Positions 1 to 42,520 of a stretch of DNA of 64,000 nt are shown here, piece after piece. The notes beneath the pieces are model-generated. The model made no database searches, had not been told where the DNA came from, and saw nothing but the letters and a program-made list of their open reading frames with translations. The stretch lies in contig MCFH01000057.1 of NCBI GenBank assembly GCA_002104945.1, positions 248,001-312,000 on the forward strand. The letters are read 5' to 3'. The position numbers were made by a program, and so were the translations under genes. This stretch comes from Piromyces finnis finn (Eukaryota > Fungi > Neocallimastigomycota). The first letter of the stretch is position 1. Each line of letters starts with the position of its first letter.

Positions 1-30
1 TTTATAATTATAATTATTTTTGTTTTATAG

Positions 31-391
31 GATATTTAGAACCTGATAGTTGTGGTATTGTTTCTGCGAAGTGGATGAATAAAACAAATATTTTGATTAC
101 TGGAGGAACAGATTCTACTCTTAGATTTTGGGATATAAGAAGAGGGGAACCAGAAGTTCATAATATTTTTTTAGATGATAGTTCAGTATCAAGCATATCA
201 TTAACAGATGGTAAACAACAATGATGATATTATATAATATATTTTCTTTTTTCATTTATTATTAATTAAATTATATTATATATATATATATATTAAAATT
301 TAAAGATGATGAATGGTTATGTGCTGGAACAAATAATGGATGTGTAAAATTACATTCAATAGATAGAGATTATATTTCTTTATGGAATTGA
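31..391 (+). CDS. WD40-repeat protein, last two exons (31-210, 306-391); 5' part lies outside the window
   Basis: Spliced translation YLEPDSCGIVSAKWMNKTNILITGGTDSTLRFWDIRRG...SLTDDDEWLCAGTNNGCVKLHSIDRDYISLWN* contains a WD40 repeat (LITGGTDSTLRFWD). GT-AG intron 211-305 keeps the frame. Confidence 0.8.
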
Positions 392-1601
392 AATAATAAT
401 AATGATGATGAATATAATAATTTTCAAAATACAAATATTGGAATATTAGAATAACACTTAAATTATTATAGAAAAATTATTTAAAAAGTTAAATTCATAA
501 ATTTAATATAAATTTTAAGATTATTTTGTAATATGAAAGTATTTAAATTTTTATATTTTCATATTACAAAACAACCTTAAATTTAAAACAGGCTAAATAG
601 TATATATATTAATTATAAATATAAATTATAATTAATGAATGGTATGTTTTTTACCTTAATTTTTTAATAAATAATATTTTTCAAAGTGGAGACTTTGGAT
701 TTTAATAGAAATCGTAATTTGTAATTTTTTCAATTATGAATTAATAATTAATATTATTCATACCTTAACCAAAAAAGAAATAAATAAAATTAAATTAAAT
801 AAAAAAAAAAAAACAATTTATATGTTTTTAGCTTTCTTTATCAGAATAGGAATAATTATTAATTATATTTATTCAAACTCTATTTAAAAAAAAAAAATTA
901 ATTCATTATCACAAAATAATGAATAATAAATAATTTATTAATAACTTAGATATAATGTATATAATAATATATAAATGATCATGAAAAAAAAATTTATATT
1001 AATAGTTTACAATTTTTATAGATCAATTAAGATATAATTATAAACTTTTTTTTTTCTTTAATTCTATAAATATATTTATCAAATTTAATTATAATATTTT
1101 AGTTTTATTGAACGCCTTTATATTCAATATTGTTGTAAAAAGTTGAATTATTAATTTACTTTATTTTATTTTAATAGATTCATCTTTAAATAAAATATAA
1201 AAAGAATCAAAATTAATTCTTTTTTACCTATTCATTGTTTTGTTACTTTTTTTTTTTTTTTTCCAACATTCCTGTAATATTTATTATATTTATTTAAAAT
1301 AAATATATAGTATTTTTAATGATTTACTTAAAAGTATTTTATTCTATTTTTATTTTTTGTTTTTTGCTTTTCCATATGAAATAATTATTTACTAATTTCA
1401 ATATTTAAATATATAGCTAACTTTCAACATAAAGTTCCAGATAAAATATATATAATAAAAAAAAAAAAAAAAGACATCATTCTATAATGAAAAAGTGAAA
1501 ATAAAAATAATTATTTTTTTTCTTTGTTGGCAATAATAAACTTTGAATATAAAGATATTTTTCAATGATTAATTTATAAAATAAAGTTTTTAAAAAAAAC
1601 G

Positions 1602-1632
<31 letters not shown>

Positions 1633-3021
1633 ATTGTGGTATATGATAAAGTTAAATTTTAATTAATACTTTTTTTTAAGGAAGCTTTTTTTTTTTTGTT
1701 TCTATTTTTAATGTTTGTTATTTATTTAGAATTTACTTTTATTAATAATAGTTATAGTTTTATTATTATTTTTAATGTTTCATCATTAACTAAAAGGTTA
1801 AATAATAATTATATTTATATATTTTATACAACCTAAAATAAGTATTACAAATTTCTTTTTCAATAATTTTATTTTTATTTAAATTTTATTAACACTTAAT
1901 ATTTATAATTATAAAATTATAACTAATAAAAAGATTAATATAAAATTTAACTATTTTTAATTCTTTTAATTCAAATTTTGTTAGTTATAATTTCTAAAAT
2001 GTGTAAATAACATATAACATAATGCTAAACTCTATTATAGTAAAAATAACTATTATTTATTTATTATATATTGTTTTAGTTATTCATGATTTAACATCAA
2101 TGTTTTAAATTCTACAAATTCTTCATATATAGGATACTATAAAAAATCCCTACAATACCAAAAGCAAATTTAAAAATACATCATTTTATTAATAATCTAA
2201 ATTCACTCTTAAGAATTAATTCATTAATAAAAAATTAAATATTTTATATAATTTTATACTTTATTTCTAATAAATATTAAAAAGTAAATAGGGTTAATAT
2301 TTTTTTTTTTTTTTAAACTTTTTTTTTTCTAATTTTGTTTATTAGAGAGATAAATAAAATTAATATTAATTTCATATTGAATATTTAATATAACATCTAT
2401 GTATTTGTGATTAATAATATCCAGATTTGTTAATTTTTCATTATAAAGGTATATAAATAAAAAAGATTTTCACAAAATATAATTACAAAAAAAAGATATA
2501 GTCACTAACATTACTATGAAATGAAAAAAAAAAAAAGAGTATCATATTCGATATTTATCACCGAGATAAAATATTATTAAAATATCAAGGAATAAAAATG
2601 TTTTAATAAGAATTTTATAAAATATAAAAAAAAATTATATATATATAATATTATCCTTTTTCATTTATTACCATGTTATAAAAATTGTTATGCCTTAATA
2701 ATATTTATTCTGTTTGATTTCATTAATTTTTAAATATAAGAAAATATTGTTATACCAAACTTTATCAATCAAATATTGATAATAAATATTTATTCAATTT
2801 AATTTATGAATTTGATATAAAAAATAAATGTTATTTTTTATAACTTATTAACAAAATATTTTGAATAATCTTTTATTATTTTTTTTTAAAAAAACAATCA
2901 AAATAATAAATTATATATAAACTAATAAAAAAAATTTTTTCATTATACCACATTCTAAAAATAAAAGACACAATATTAATTTTTCATAACAAATATTAAC
3001 ATCAGAAAACATTAAAATTCG

Positions 3022-5036
3022 ATGGGTGTATGTCATAGTAAAGGTAATGTGTACCCAAGTACACAAGAAGAAAAAGAAACTAATTCTATTATCAATAAGC
3101 AAATTCAGGAAGAAGCAAAAATAAAAGAAAAAAATGATAATTGTACATATAAAGTATTACTGTTAGGTACTATTAACAAGTTTCAAATATAATAATTATT
3201 ATTTATATGTAATGATTATTAACTAAAAATTAAAAATATTAAAATTTAAATAAAAATATAAAAGGTCCTGCAGATTCAGGAAAGGTATAATGAAATGAAA
3301 ATATTTATTAATAATTTAATAACAATAAAATATAATATAAAAAGGAATTACTATAATTTATAATATATAATGATTTAATTTTAAAATATCATACAAAATA
3401 TATATGTGTTTACATTGAATTTCTTATTACAGTCAACTTTCTTAAAGCAACTTCGTATTATTAATAAAATGCCATTAGAGGAATGTGATATTGAAAACGC
3501 AAAATATACATGTATTTCAAATTTATTATTATCAATGAAATTAATATGCCAAAATTTAGATTCTCTAAATATAAGTTACAATGAAGGAAATAAAGTAATT
3601 AAGTATTAAATTAAAAAATGAATTATATAAAAAAACTTCATATATTTATGTTATTATTCAATAACAAATATTGTTTTATATTATTTATATATAAATAAAT
3701 AAAAAATAAACAATTTTAATCATCAGAAATATATTTCAGTTGTTTTGAATAAAGTTGACACCACACTGTCAGAATATAAAGAAAAAAAGTATTATTTGAT
3801 TTATAAATTTTTAAAATAATAATTCTTATTAAAAAAAAAAAAAAAAAAAAAAAGAATTACAAAGATATTAAAAAATATTAAAATATAAAATAAAAGAATA
3901 ATTCCTGAAGATTTAATGGAAGCTTGTAAAAAACTATATAATGAAGAAGGTGCTATAAAAGAATGTTTGAAAGTTGGAAATCAAATTAACGTATTAGATT
4001 CAGCTGAATAGTAATTATAAACAAATTATAAAATAATTATTATAATATATATTATAAGATTAATAATTAATACTTTTACATATTTTATTGAAAGTTTCAT
4101 GAATAAAATGGATAATCTCTTTGATCCTAATTATGTAACAACAAACGATGATATATTACATCAAAGATCACCAACTCAACAAATCTCTGAAACAACAATT
4201 CCAATTCATGGATCTAATGATAGATTAAGGTAAAATAAAAATAATAATTAGCCTTTTAAGAAACATTTATAATTCCTTAATTATATAATCATTATAAATT
4301 ATTTATTAATAATTAAATTAATGAAAAAATATTAATTGTTGGATATTAATATATTGTTCATTTACGTTTAAAGTGTATATGATTTTGGTGGATCAAGATC
4401 ACAAAGATTAAAATGGGCAGCTTTCTTCGATAATGTAGATCTTATGATATATATTTTTGCTATAAGTGCATATGATCAAGTAAATAATGAAAATATAATA
4501 ATAATAAAGCTATACCTTTTTAAATTAAAAAAATATATAAATTATAATAATATTATTTATTTTTAATAAATAAAAATAGAATTTATTAGAAGATCCAACT
4601 GTAAACAGATTAAAAGATGCAGAACAACTGTTTAAACAATTATCAAGAAATAAAATTCTATGGCACAAAAATATTGTTATTTTCTTTAATAAAATAGATA
4701 TATTTAAGAAAAAACTCAGCATTTCTCCAGTATCAAAATATTATCCAGATTATAATGGTAATATAAAAATAAAATTTAATTTTTCATATTTTTGTATGTT
4801 ATCTATTAATAATAATATATATACATATATAAAAAATTTTAAAAAAAGGTGGTAATGATTATGCAGAGGCTGCTACATATTTTGCTAAAAAGTTTATTAA
4901 ATTAAATGCTAATAAAAATAGAACAGTATCAACACATTTAACATGGGCAACAGATACTAGACATTGTTCAACAATTATAAAATTAACAATTCAATCACTT
5001 CAACAATATGCACTTTCATCTGCTGGTTTATCATAA
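3022..5036 (+). CDS. Heterotrimeric G-protein alpha subunit, atypical (predicted GTPase-impaired). Exons 3022-3166, 3265-3284, 3433-3594, 3727-3788, 3897-4010, 4095-4229, 4374-4479, 4580-4757, 4849-5036
   Basis: N-terminus MGVCHS (myristoylation G2, palmitoylation C4). G1 LLLGPADSGKSTFLKQLRII, G2 DILHQRSPT, G3 YDFGGSRSQRLKW, G4 FFNKID, G5 TWATD. All introns are GT-AG and in frame. Confidence 0.93.
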
Positions 5037-5718
5037 ACTATATCTTATTTTAGTAGAACTTTTCCTATATCTATAATAAATTACCTTAACAAAATATATA
5101 TTTACCATTTAAAACAATATAATATATAAAAATCTTACTATTACTTAGTACTCAAAAAGAAAGAATTAACATGTTTTTTAATTTTTATAATATAATATAT
5201 AAAAATAACATAATAATAGTTTTATTATGTTTTTATTAAAAGAAAAAAATATATTCTCGATAAGTATTATTTATCGAACAAATAATAATTATTATATGTA
5301 TTAGTTTTAATACATAAATTTTTTGAGTATTTATTATATAAATTGAGATATTTAATATAAAATATAAAAATATAAATAATAAAAAAAAGTTTAAATTATT
5401 AGGTTTGTTTTAAAGTTTATATGTTTTTCATATTTCTACTATTATATTTATATATTTATAATTAATTTTATTTGATAAAATACTATAAAGTAATAATTTC
5501 ATGAATATATAAAAAGTAATAACTTTTATAAAAATATTTTTTATTACAAAATAATAAAAATAAAAAAAAGTATTATTTTTTTATAATAAAAAAAATTAAT
5601 AAATTTTTTGGAATGAATGAACATAATAATGAAATGTAATATATAAAAACAATTTTAATCTTTGAAGTAATGAATAATAATTTACATAAAAAAAAAAGAA
5701 AAAAAAATTATATTTTTT

Positions 5719-20405
<14,687 letters not shown>

Positions 20406-20877
20406 TTTGCATTATCTTATTAGATAATTATATATTGATAGTAAAATTATAAATATTGTAATAGAATTATTTGATATATTAAATAAATTGATGTTTAAAT
20501 TATTATTTCCATTTTTTATTAATAAAAACTAAAAGTATGGGTTGAATATTAATAATAAATGAAACTACTGGTATTTAATTCTATATACTTTTTCAAATTA
20601 TAACAATAATTTTATTTAATATAAATATATCAATTCTTTAGTAAATTTTAATTACTTTAATAATCTAATTTAAAATTTTTGAAAAAAAAAATTTCATGAT
20701 TGTGATTTAATTTAAATGTTTTATTGTTATAAATTATTTTATTGATTACATTTAAAATATCTTTAAATTGATTACATTTAGTTGATTACATTAATAAACT
20801 TAATTTTACAATTTATTTTCATAAAAAGAAAATCATTATGAATAATAATGATAAAATTATAACTATAAATATTATTT

Positions 20878-23822
20878 TTATATAGTTTCAATATATAAGC
20901 ATGCATTTGGTATCAATGAACTTTCCTATAAATATTCAAAATATAATAAACAATGTTTTTAAAAAAAATATATATTATATTATATATATATATATATGTA
21001 TTTTAAAGTTAATACGTTTAATATAAATGCTAACCTCTAATGTTTTATAATCTTCAAAATCATTGAATTGAAAAGGCATTTTTAATTTAAACTGATCTTT
21101 TTTAATACTATATAATTATTACAAAAATTAACATAACTATTTAAAAGATTTAAAATGGATATATATACTTTTACTTACCATAATTTCTTTTCTAAATTTT
21201 CTTTTAATAACTTAATTGTATCTGAATATTTCATTTGAACTATATACTCTTTGGTATTGTTCCTAATTTTTATTGTCGTTATTTTTTCATTTTCAGAATT
21301 TATATTTCCTTTTCCTGTTTCTAATGAAATATCTTCATCATCATCCTCTACTCCCATCTCTATTAAATCTTTTTCTTCCTTCTTTAATTAAACAAAAAAT
21401 AAGATTGATTTGTTAATATTAATTACAACGATTATTAAATGGTTATATATATATTCATACAAATAATATATTATTAGTAGCCTTTTTAATATCAATAATA
21501 TAACCATCTTTTACTGTATTCTTTGGTAGAATATCTAAAAAGCTTTTCTTTGTGGATTCTAATAATATAGCTATTTATATATATATATATATTTTCAATT
21601 CAATGATTTTGAAGATTATAAATAGCTATATTTATACATAGCAATTAAATGAGAAACTTTTTGTTAGGATATATTAAATCAATAGTATTTACCTTCTGTG
21701 CTTTTATTATTAATATTATTATTTTTATTATTTTCTGAACAAGTATCTATTTGGGAAGATATTAATTTATTAGATTCTTTTCCTTCATAAGAAGTATTAA
21801 TATTTAACTTTTCATCTAATGAAAGATTATCAGAGTTTTCTGATGCCATTGATGATGATAATGGTTTAACTAAAACACCTTTTCCTGAAACTATTTAATC
21901 AAAACATATTAATATATTAGTATTTCCATGTTATCAATTATTTGTTTAAGGATCATTATATAATTGCTTACATGGTGAATATGATGGTCTATTATTATAA
22001 TATGATAAGTGATTATCAATCAATTTAAATGGTACTATAATCGAAATATAGAAATATATATAGATTTTTAATCAAAAAAAAAGAAATGATTAAAATAAAT
22101 TTATTTATTATTTATATATAATACCTCCTTCTGGATATTTGTCTTTTAATTGGAAAGGAAAATAACCATCTACTATTTCTTTAATAAAAAGTATTGAGTC
22201 TTTTTCGCTAAATGAATGAAATTGGTTATCAAAAATAAATCCATTTGAATATACATTTAAGATTTGAGGTTCTGGCATCTATATTATATAATATTTATTT
22301 AATTAAAAGACTTTTAATTTAATTAATAATATTAACTTTTAATAATAGTTTATATTACTTTAATTGTATATGCACCATTTTTATGTTGAACTATTTGACC
22401 TATTCCTTCCTCTTTATTTAAAATATAGATGTGAATATTAATGCCGCGAGAAAGTTTTGAAATAAATATTTAAATAGTAAATATATATATTACCAGAAAG
22501 ATGATTTAAGAATTTTATTTGTTTACTAAATTGATTAAAATCGTAAGGAAATTCATGTATAAAACCTTTAGTATCATTATTAACATCATCACCAAAAACA
22601 CTTTGATCTGATTCACTTTTTATACATAAAAGTTAATAAAAGAGAAAAGAAATTAGGTAATTATTATTAAAATATTTAATATTCATACATTTCGCTTTTA
22701 TCATCATCATCTATAGTAATATTATAATGTTTCAGATAATTATATGCTAATTCAAGTTTTTTCTGACTCTTCTTAATTTTTTTTTCTAGCAAAAGTATCT
22801 ATATTATATAATATTATATTAATTAAAAGGTATATCTATAAAATTCAATAAAAATTTTTAATATATAGTTTTATACTTTTTCATCACTAGAAGATTTTAA
22901 AAGAAGATTTCTCTCTTTTAGTTCTTTTTTTAATTCATATATAATATTATTCTTTAAAATTAAATTAGTTAATATTTTATTTTATTATTACATGATCCAA
23001 AATATTATAATTATATAACTAAAATAAGGTTTACTTTCTCTTGAAGTTCTTTCATTGTTATGGATAATTGTTGTTCTAATTTTTTAACACGAGCTGTAAT
23101 TGTTGATAAACGATTTTCATTATTTATTATATTTTCATTTTTTTCTAATGAACTCATATTTATGTTTAATGTACTTGAATTTATTTCTTTTAAATGACTA
23201 TCAGAATTTATCTTTTTATCAAATAACTCCATATTCAATGATTCTAATGATTTTTTACTTAGCAAATGATTTCTTTTCTCTTCAACTAAATCGCTTAATT
23301 TATAATTATTTTTCAATATTGATGTTTGATTATCATTTATTGGAAAATCTTTAATATAATCTTTTTTTCTTCTTAAATCCGCTATTGGTTTTAATGGCTT
23401 CGAAGAACTTTTCAATTTTAGCGGAAAACTAACGTTTTTTAAATTAGCTCTAATTTTCATGCAAATAAAAAAAAATTATATATAATTATAAAAATATTTC
23501 TATTATTAATTATCAATATAATAATACAAAAAGAACAGTATAATATTTTTTTGTTACTAAGTTACTTTTTATATATATTTTCTTGATCGCATTTTGAATA
23601 TTCCTTTTTATTTGAATTATCTGATAATAATTTAGATTTTTTATTTGAAGAATTGCTTTGTGTTGTTTTTAACGATTTAATTAACTTCGATTTAATTTCA
23701 CTATGAGATTTTGATTTTATTAATTTACCATTATTGTTAAATTTATTATTATCTTCAAATTTTGGTATATCATTAAAACTAAATTTAATTGGGTTTAATA
23801 TTTTTTTATTAACACTTTCCAT
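20878..23822 (-). CDS. UBXN11: UBXN11 (Socius)-like p97/Cdc48 adaptor: coiled coil, SEP domain, UBX domain
   Basis: Spliced SEP segment MPEPQILNVYSNGFIFDNQFHSFSEKDSILFIKEIVDGYFPFQLKDKYPEGVPFKLID resembles the UBXN11 SEP domain. It is followed by FSGKG, FLDILPKNTVKDGYIIDIK and a UBX end ITTIKIR...YKTLEESSLIPNACLYIETI*. Confidence 0.8.
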
Positions 23823-24211
23823 TTTTTAATACCGTTCTCTTAAATATTTATTACAGCCTTTTTTTTTTTTTTTTTTCAACATAAATATATAGTATATTGT
23901 TTTAACCAATAATTATTCATATTTTTTAAACTTTAGTTTTAATTAAAAAAAAAAAAAAACATTTTTACAAAAAAAAATTAAAAAGTATAATTTTATATAA
24001 TAAAGAAAATGAGAGAAAAAAAAGGTTAATATATAATATAGAAATTATATATATTAAGTAGGATTTTAATTAAGATTAATTTTTATCAATTAATTTATTT
24101 CGTTACGACAATAATATTTATTTCATTTTATGAAATATAATTAATATTTTTATCAATAGTTTATTATCTATATATTTTATGAAATATGTCTATTATATGT
24201 TATTTTAATTT

Positions 24212-26399
24212 CTACAAGTTTTTATAATCATTTTTACTATCATGGCTTATTTTTTGGATTGAATACATGATGGGCAATTGTGTAATACATCATGAATATA
24301 AATATCACAATCTACACAAAATTGTTTTAAACATTTAGGGCATTCATATCTACCAGAGCTTTGTTCTGCTGGATTACGATTCATAATAGTGGGTATATTT
24401 TCAAATGGTTGTTGACAACCAAAACAATGAGTGGGTGATACAGCCGATATTCTATTTTTTATTATTTATTAATATTATTATTAAATTATAATAATTTATT
24501 TATTAGAATTAACTTTATTTTTTCCTTAATTTCAACAATATTAGTTTTTATAATATAACATTATAAATACTTTTGTCTTGGAACTTCCATATAATTAGGT
24601 ACAGGGAATAAATGGTGATAGGAACGAGCAAGATGAGGACTAGATACTAAAGTTAATCCACAAATTGCACATTTTGTTGGTAATTCACAAGCCTTTGAAA
24701 AACACCTTGGACAAATATTACCACCCTGTATAGGTCTTTGATGACTATAAAAATAATTATTATAATCATTATTAAAATATTACATAAAAATATTTTCATT
24801 TAAATAATATAAATAGTAAATGATTATGAGTATTCTCTACCATGCACATGCTGTTGGAAAACGTTCAGTAATTCTTCGAGGAAAACCCATTTCAATCATA
24901 CCAACTTCCGTTTTAGCACTAGTTGTTGATGGTGGAGGAATCATTTCAAAAAGAATATCCTTATAATGAGCTTCATTCAATACTACACCATATGTACCTT
25001 TATTTTTTTATATTTATTAATTAAAAATATAATAATTTAAATAATAGTGATTTTATAAAACTATACCTTTTGTTTCGTTACATATTCTTTTACAAATTTG
25101 AACTTCTGCTGCTAAACCAATGATTGAAACTCTAATATGATTTTGCTTTAAATGTTTAATTGTTTCATTAATATCACCGGGATCACATGTTGTTAAAGAT
25201 GCCATTAAAATTAAAATTTCTCTAGTCCCATGTGGTGGTGAATGACTAAAAAGAAAAATTAATACTTTATTTTTTTTTTTTAAAAAAATTTATTTACTAA
25301 AAATAATTACCATAGCGAGTTTTTTGCTAATTCTATTGAATTTTGAAGTGAGGGTTCTCCCCTTGTTTCACGATTTATTTTTACTTTTAATTCTTCTATA
25401 TGTTCTGATGAATTACCTTTTCAATCATGTAAAATTTAAAACATTCAATTCAATATGCATTCAATTTATTTAAAGAAAAAAAAATAATTCAAATTATGTA
25501 CCACTTAATTCAGTTAATTTTTCTGATAAACCATCTCTTGTTACAATAATTCCCAATTGACTAATTGGATTCTGATCGAAATATTCGTTAATAAACTGTT
25601 CTAATAAAGTAAAAGTTAAATCACGTCTTGAAGGTTTTAAATCTTTTTCTGCCATTGAATTTGATAAATCAATAATCACAAACAAATTTCTGATAATACC
25701 TCTTTGAATAGTTGAAGTATCTTTAATTAATCTTTTTTGTTTAGATTTTTTTTGAAATTATACAAAAAATGATTTATATATATATATAATATACACATGG
25801 AATATGTCAATTTAAAAAAATTTCAACATTTTATATTTTATAATATATTCCATTTTTAAGGTTAATTTCATATTAGTAATCATTTTAATTACAATTAATT
25901 AAATATACCTTCTTCTTTTTGTATGCTGTATACTTGAAACTACACCTTGAAGACTACCTTTTTCATCTTCCTGTAATATATCCCAACTTCTCTTATATTC
26001 ATCTTCCCAAGCTATAATTTATTAATCATTATTTTATCATAAATTTGAATTGAGAAATTATTATATTATAAAAAGAATTAAGATATTATTATATTAAAAA
26101 AAATAAATATAATTGAAAAAAAAAGGTGACAGAAAAGAAAAGATATATTAATAAGTATTTTTTAATTAAACAGAATTTGTAAATGATTTCTAAAGTTAAA
26201 TTTTTTTGATTCTTTATATAATTCACAATTATATTAATTTAATATTTTAAATTTTTTATTAAATTATATTATCATATACTATATTGTATTTTATTGTATT
26301 GTATTATGATATACCATATCCATTTCCACTAGTTCCTTTGAGAGAAGTATCTTGGTCATTGTCATCTAATATATCAATATCAATTTCTGGGTCGTTCAT
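24212..26399 (-). CDS. SSL1: TFIIH subunit Ssl1/p44 (vWA domain plus zinc fingers)
   Basis: [19 protein letters not shown]; [28 protein letters not shown]; [14 protein letters not shown]; [12 protein letters not shown]; [37 protein letters not shown]; [19 protein letters not shown]. Confidence 0.96.
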
Positions 26400-26933
26400 T
26401 TTGAAATAAAAATAAATGAAAAAAAAAGTTTATATTTTTTTTTACAAAAAAACAAATAATATTAAATTAAATCTTAAAAAAAATATATTAATTAAAATTT
26501 TTTTATCCATTTTTTTATATTTTCAAAAAATTAAGATTTAATTTAATTAAAAAATAATTAAAATTCAATGTTGTAAAATTGAGTGAAAAAGTTTACTTTT
26601 TTTTTTTTTATCTTATATATTCTTCTTCTGTAGTTATATTGTTATATATAAAAGTTTAAAGAGAAAATAAAAACAAAATATTTTAAGATTTTGGAAAAAA
26701 TAAAGATTAATTAAATATTCTCACCATCAATATTATTACAATAAATATAAAGATTATTTCATAATTACTCAATTAATTTAATATATACTAATAAACCATA
26801 AAGTTTTCAATAATAAAAAATAAGTTTCTATATCTTATACATTATAACCAGAATACAATTATAAATATGAAAATATAATATAATATATAAATATATTCTT
26901 ATTTTTCAAAAATAATAATAAGTTCTAATTAAA
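26400..26933. promoter_or_regulatory. Short divergent intergenic region between SSL1 and CEP290, possible bidirectional promoter
   Basis: Head-to-head start codons 534 bp apart. No specific motif was identified. Confidence 0.4.
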
Positions 26934-40306
<13,373 letters not shown>

Positions 40307-42520
40307 TGTAACTAATTGAAATTAATTCTTAAGTTAAACTCGTTTTTATATTTTTTCTTTATATCTATTTTTATCATGATATGATAAAAACTTTTATAAT
40401 TTAAGAGATAATAAATCATTTATTTCTTTTATTCCTTTAAAAAAACAAATTAAGATAAAAAAAAAAGTATTTTATTAATACTAATTAACATTGTAAATAA
40501 TATTTTTGTCTTTTTTTAATAAAAGTATACTAAATCTATTCTGTAATAATTTAAAAATAATATAATATAAATAAATATTTGTAAAACTTTTAAACAATTA
40601 CATATATCAAATAAAATACTTCAATTTATATAATAAATATGTATATATTATATTATAACTATTAAACTATTAAAATTATAAAATCATTTTTAAACATTAA
40701 TTAAACATATTCAAAGTTTAAAAAACTTTTTTTTTAATATTAATAATAATTTGTCTTATATTTAAATGCCTTCTTTTAATTAATTTTCAAATCAATAGGA
40801 TTAAAATCTATTATTTTATATTTTATATTTTTATAGCATTTAATATGTTATTAAAAAATTGGTATTTATACATAATATTTTATTATTATTTTGTTGTTGT
40901 TATTCTTTTTTTCTTTTATGTATTTTATATATTCGTTATTGTTTTTTTTAAAAAAAAAAAAAAAAGAAAGAAAATTGATAATTGATAAGAATTTGTGGTT
41001 CTTATATAAATAAGGATTGGTTTATTATTACAATTATGATAACTTTGTTAATAGTTTACTGCATTTATTTTGATAACCCATTCCAATGAAAAAAAATAAC
41101 ATGAATTTATTTATTATAACTTTTATACATCAAAATCATTAATAAATACAATAATTTTATTTTATTTTTTTTATAGACTATATATAAGTTTACTTCATCT
41201 TTTTTGTTTATTCTATTTTTCTTAAAAAAAAAAAAAAAGAAGAAAGAAAGGGTTATAATAATTATAATAATTAAATGGGTTAAAGTTTAACTTTAATCCA
41301 CCTGCTGAAAAAGTCGACTGTTTTTTTTTTTGTTTGTTTGTTTGGAGCTGAGTAACTTTAAATATTAAAATTTTTATAATTCTAGAGAAATTAAAATTAT
41401 TAATTAAATTATTTTTTATTGATTTGATATTTGATTATTAATAAAGATAAAAAAAAAAATAAAAAAAGGTTTATCAAAAAAAATAATAATGTTAATTCAA
41501 TAATACCATTTTAAAATCATAAATCTTTAAAAAAAAAAAAGTTAGTAAAATTAAAAAATATATATGTAATTATGTAATATCTAACATTAATAAATGGCTA
41601 CCTTTTTATTGTAACATTAATATTGGATTCATATTCATATACAAATGTATAGCCCAAATAAAAAGGAACAATGATAAATATTGAGATTGTTAATGTATTA
41701 TACATATTATACCCATTATATATAGTATATACCTAAATAGTATTCATTCCAAAAGCTCAAACTTTAAATATTTAATTACCTTTTATTATAAATGGATAAA
41801 AATTTTAATAAAAGAAAAAAATAATAATAATAGAGACAATAAAAGATATGTTTATACCTATTAAATATGATAAATATTAGACTTTAAACTTTTAAAAATA
41901 TAATTGTTCTTTTATAACAAATAGGCAAAAGCCTTTTATAAATATATTTACGAGTAAATGAATATCATATGGTGTCAGTGTTATAAGCAAATGCATCCAA
42001 TAAACCAAAAAAGTTAATAATTAATAAATTCTTTATCTCTTACTTTTTTATTAAAAAAAAAAAAAAATGCTAAAAGCCTTTTTTTAGACTTTTAAAAGAA
42101 AGGAAAGAAAAATTACAAACATAAATTTACAAAATCAATTCTTTTAAATAATTAAGTTTTTAAAACTCGAAAATTTATTTTATTTTTATTTTATTTTTTT
42201 AATTATTTAAATATATACAATTACAAATTAGCTAACTCATAAATTTTTATTATCAATTATTATTATTTTATAATTAATGCATTAAAAATCCTTATACTAG
42301 AAAAAAAAATAAATATAACAGAATAGTAAACACAAACACAAACACATAATATATATTAATTTAATTTCAATAAAATACATATCATTACTAAAAAAAAAAA
42401 ATAATTAATTTAACATTATTAAAAAAAAAAAACAATTTTAAAAAGAAAAATACAATTTTAATTTGATAAATAAATAAATTTCAATACAATTATTTTTATT
42501 CTATCATTTCATTATTATTC

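Noticed and set aside
636-870. Possible micro-exon gene (ATGAATG/GTATGT...AG/TGGAGACTTTGG...)
   Set aside because: Splice-like signals give only a few codons with no consistent downstream frame and no recognisable protein.
2911-3102. Small antisense or intron-spanning ORFs in the track (for example 2911, 4525, 23100, 30196, 35390, 37327, 52997, 54154-54959, 56439, 60748, 61114)
   Set aside because: They overlap well-supported exons on the other strand or frame, or are low-complexity UTR or intron sequence.
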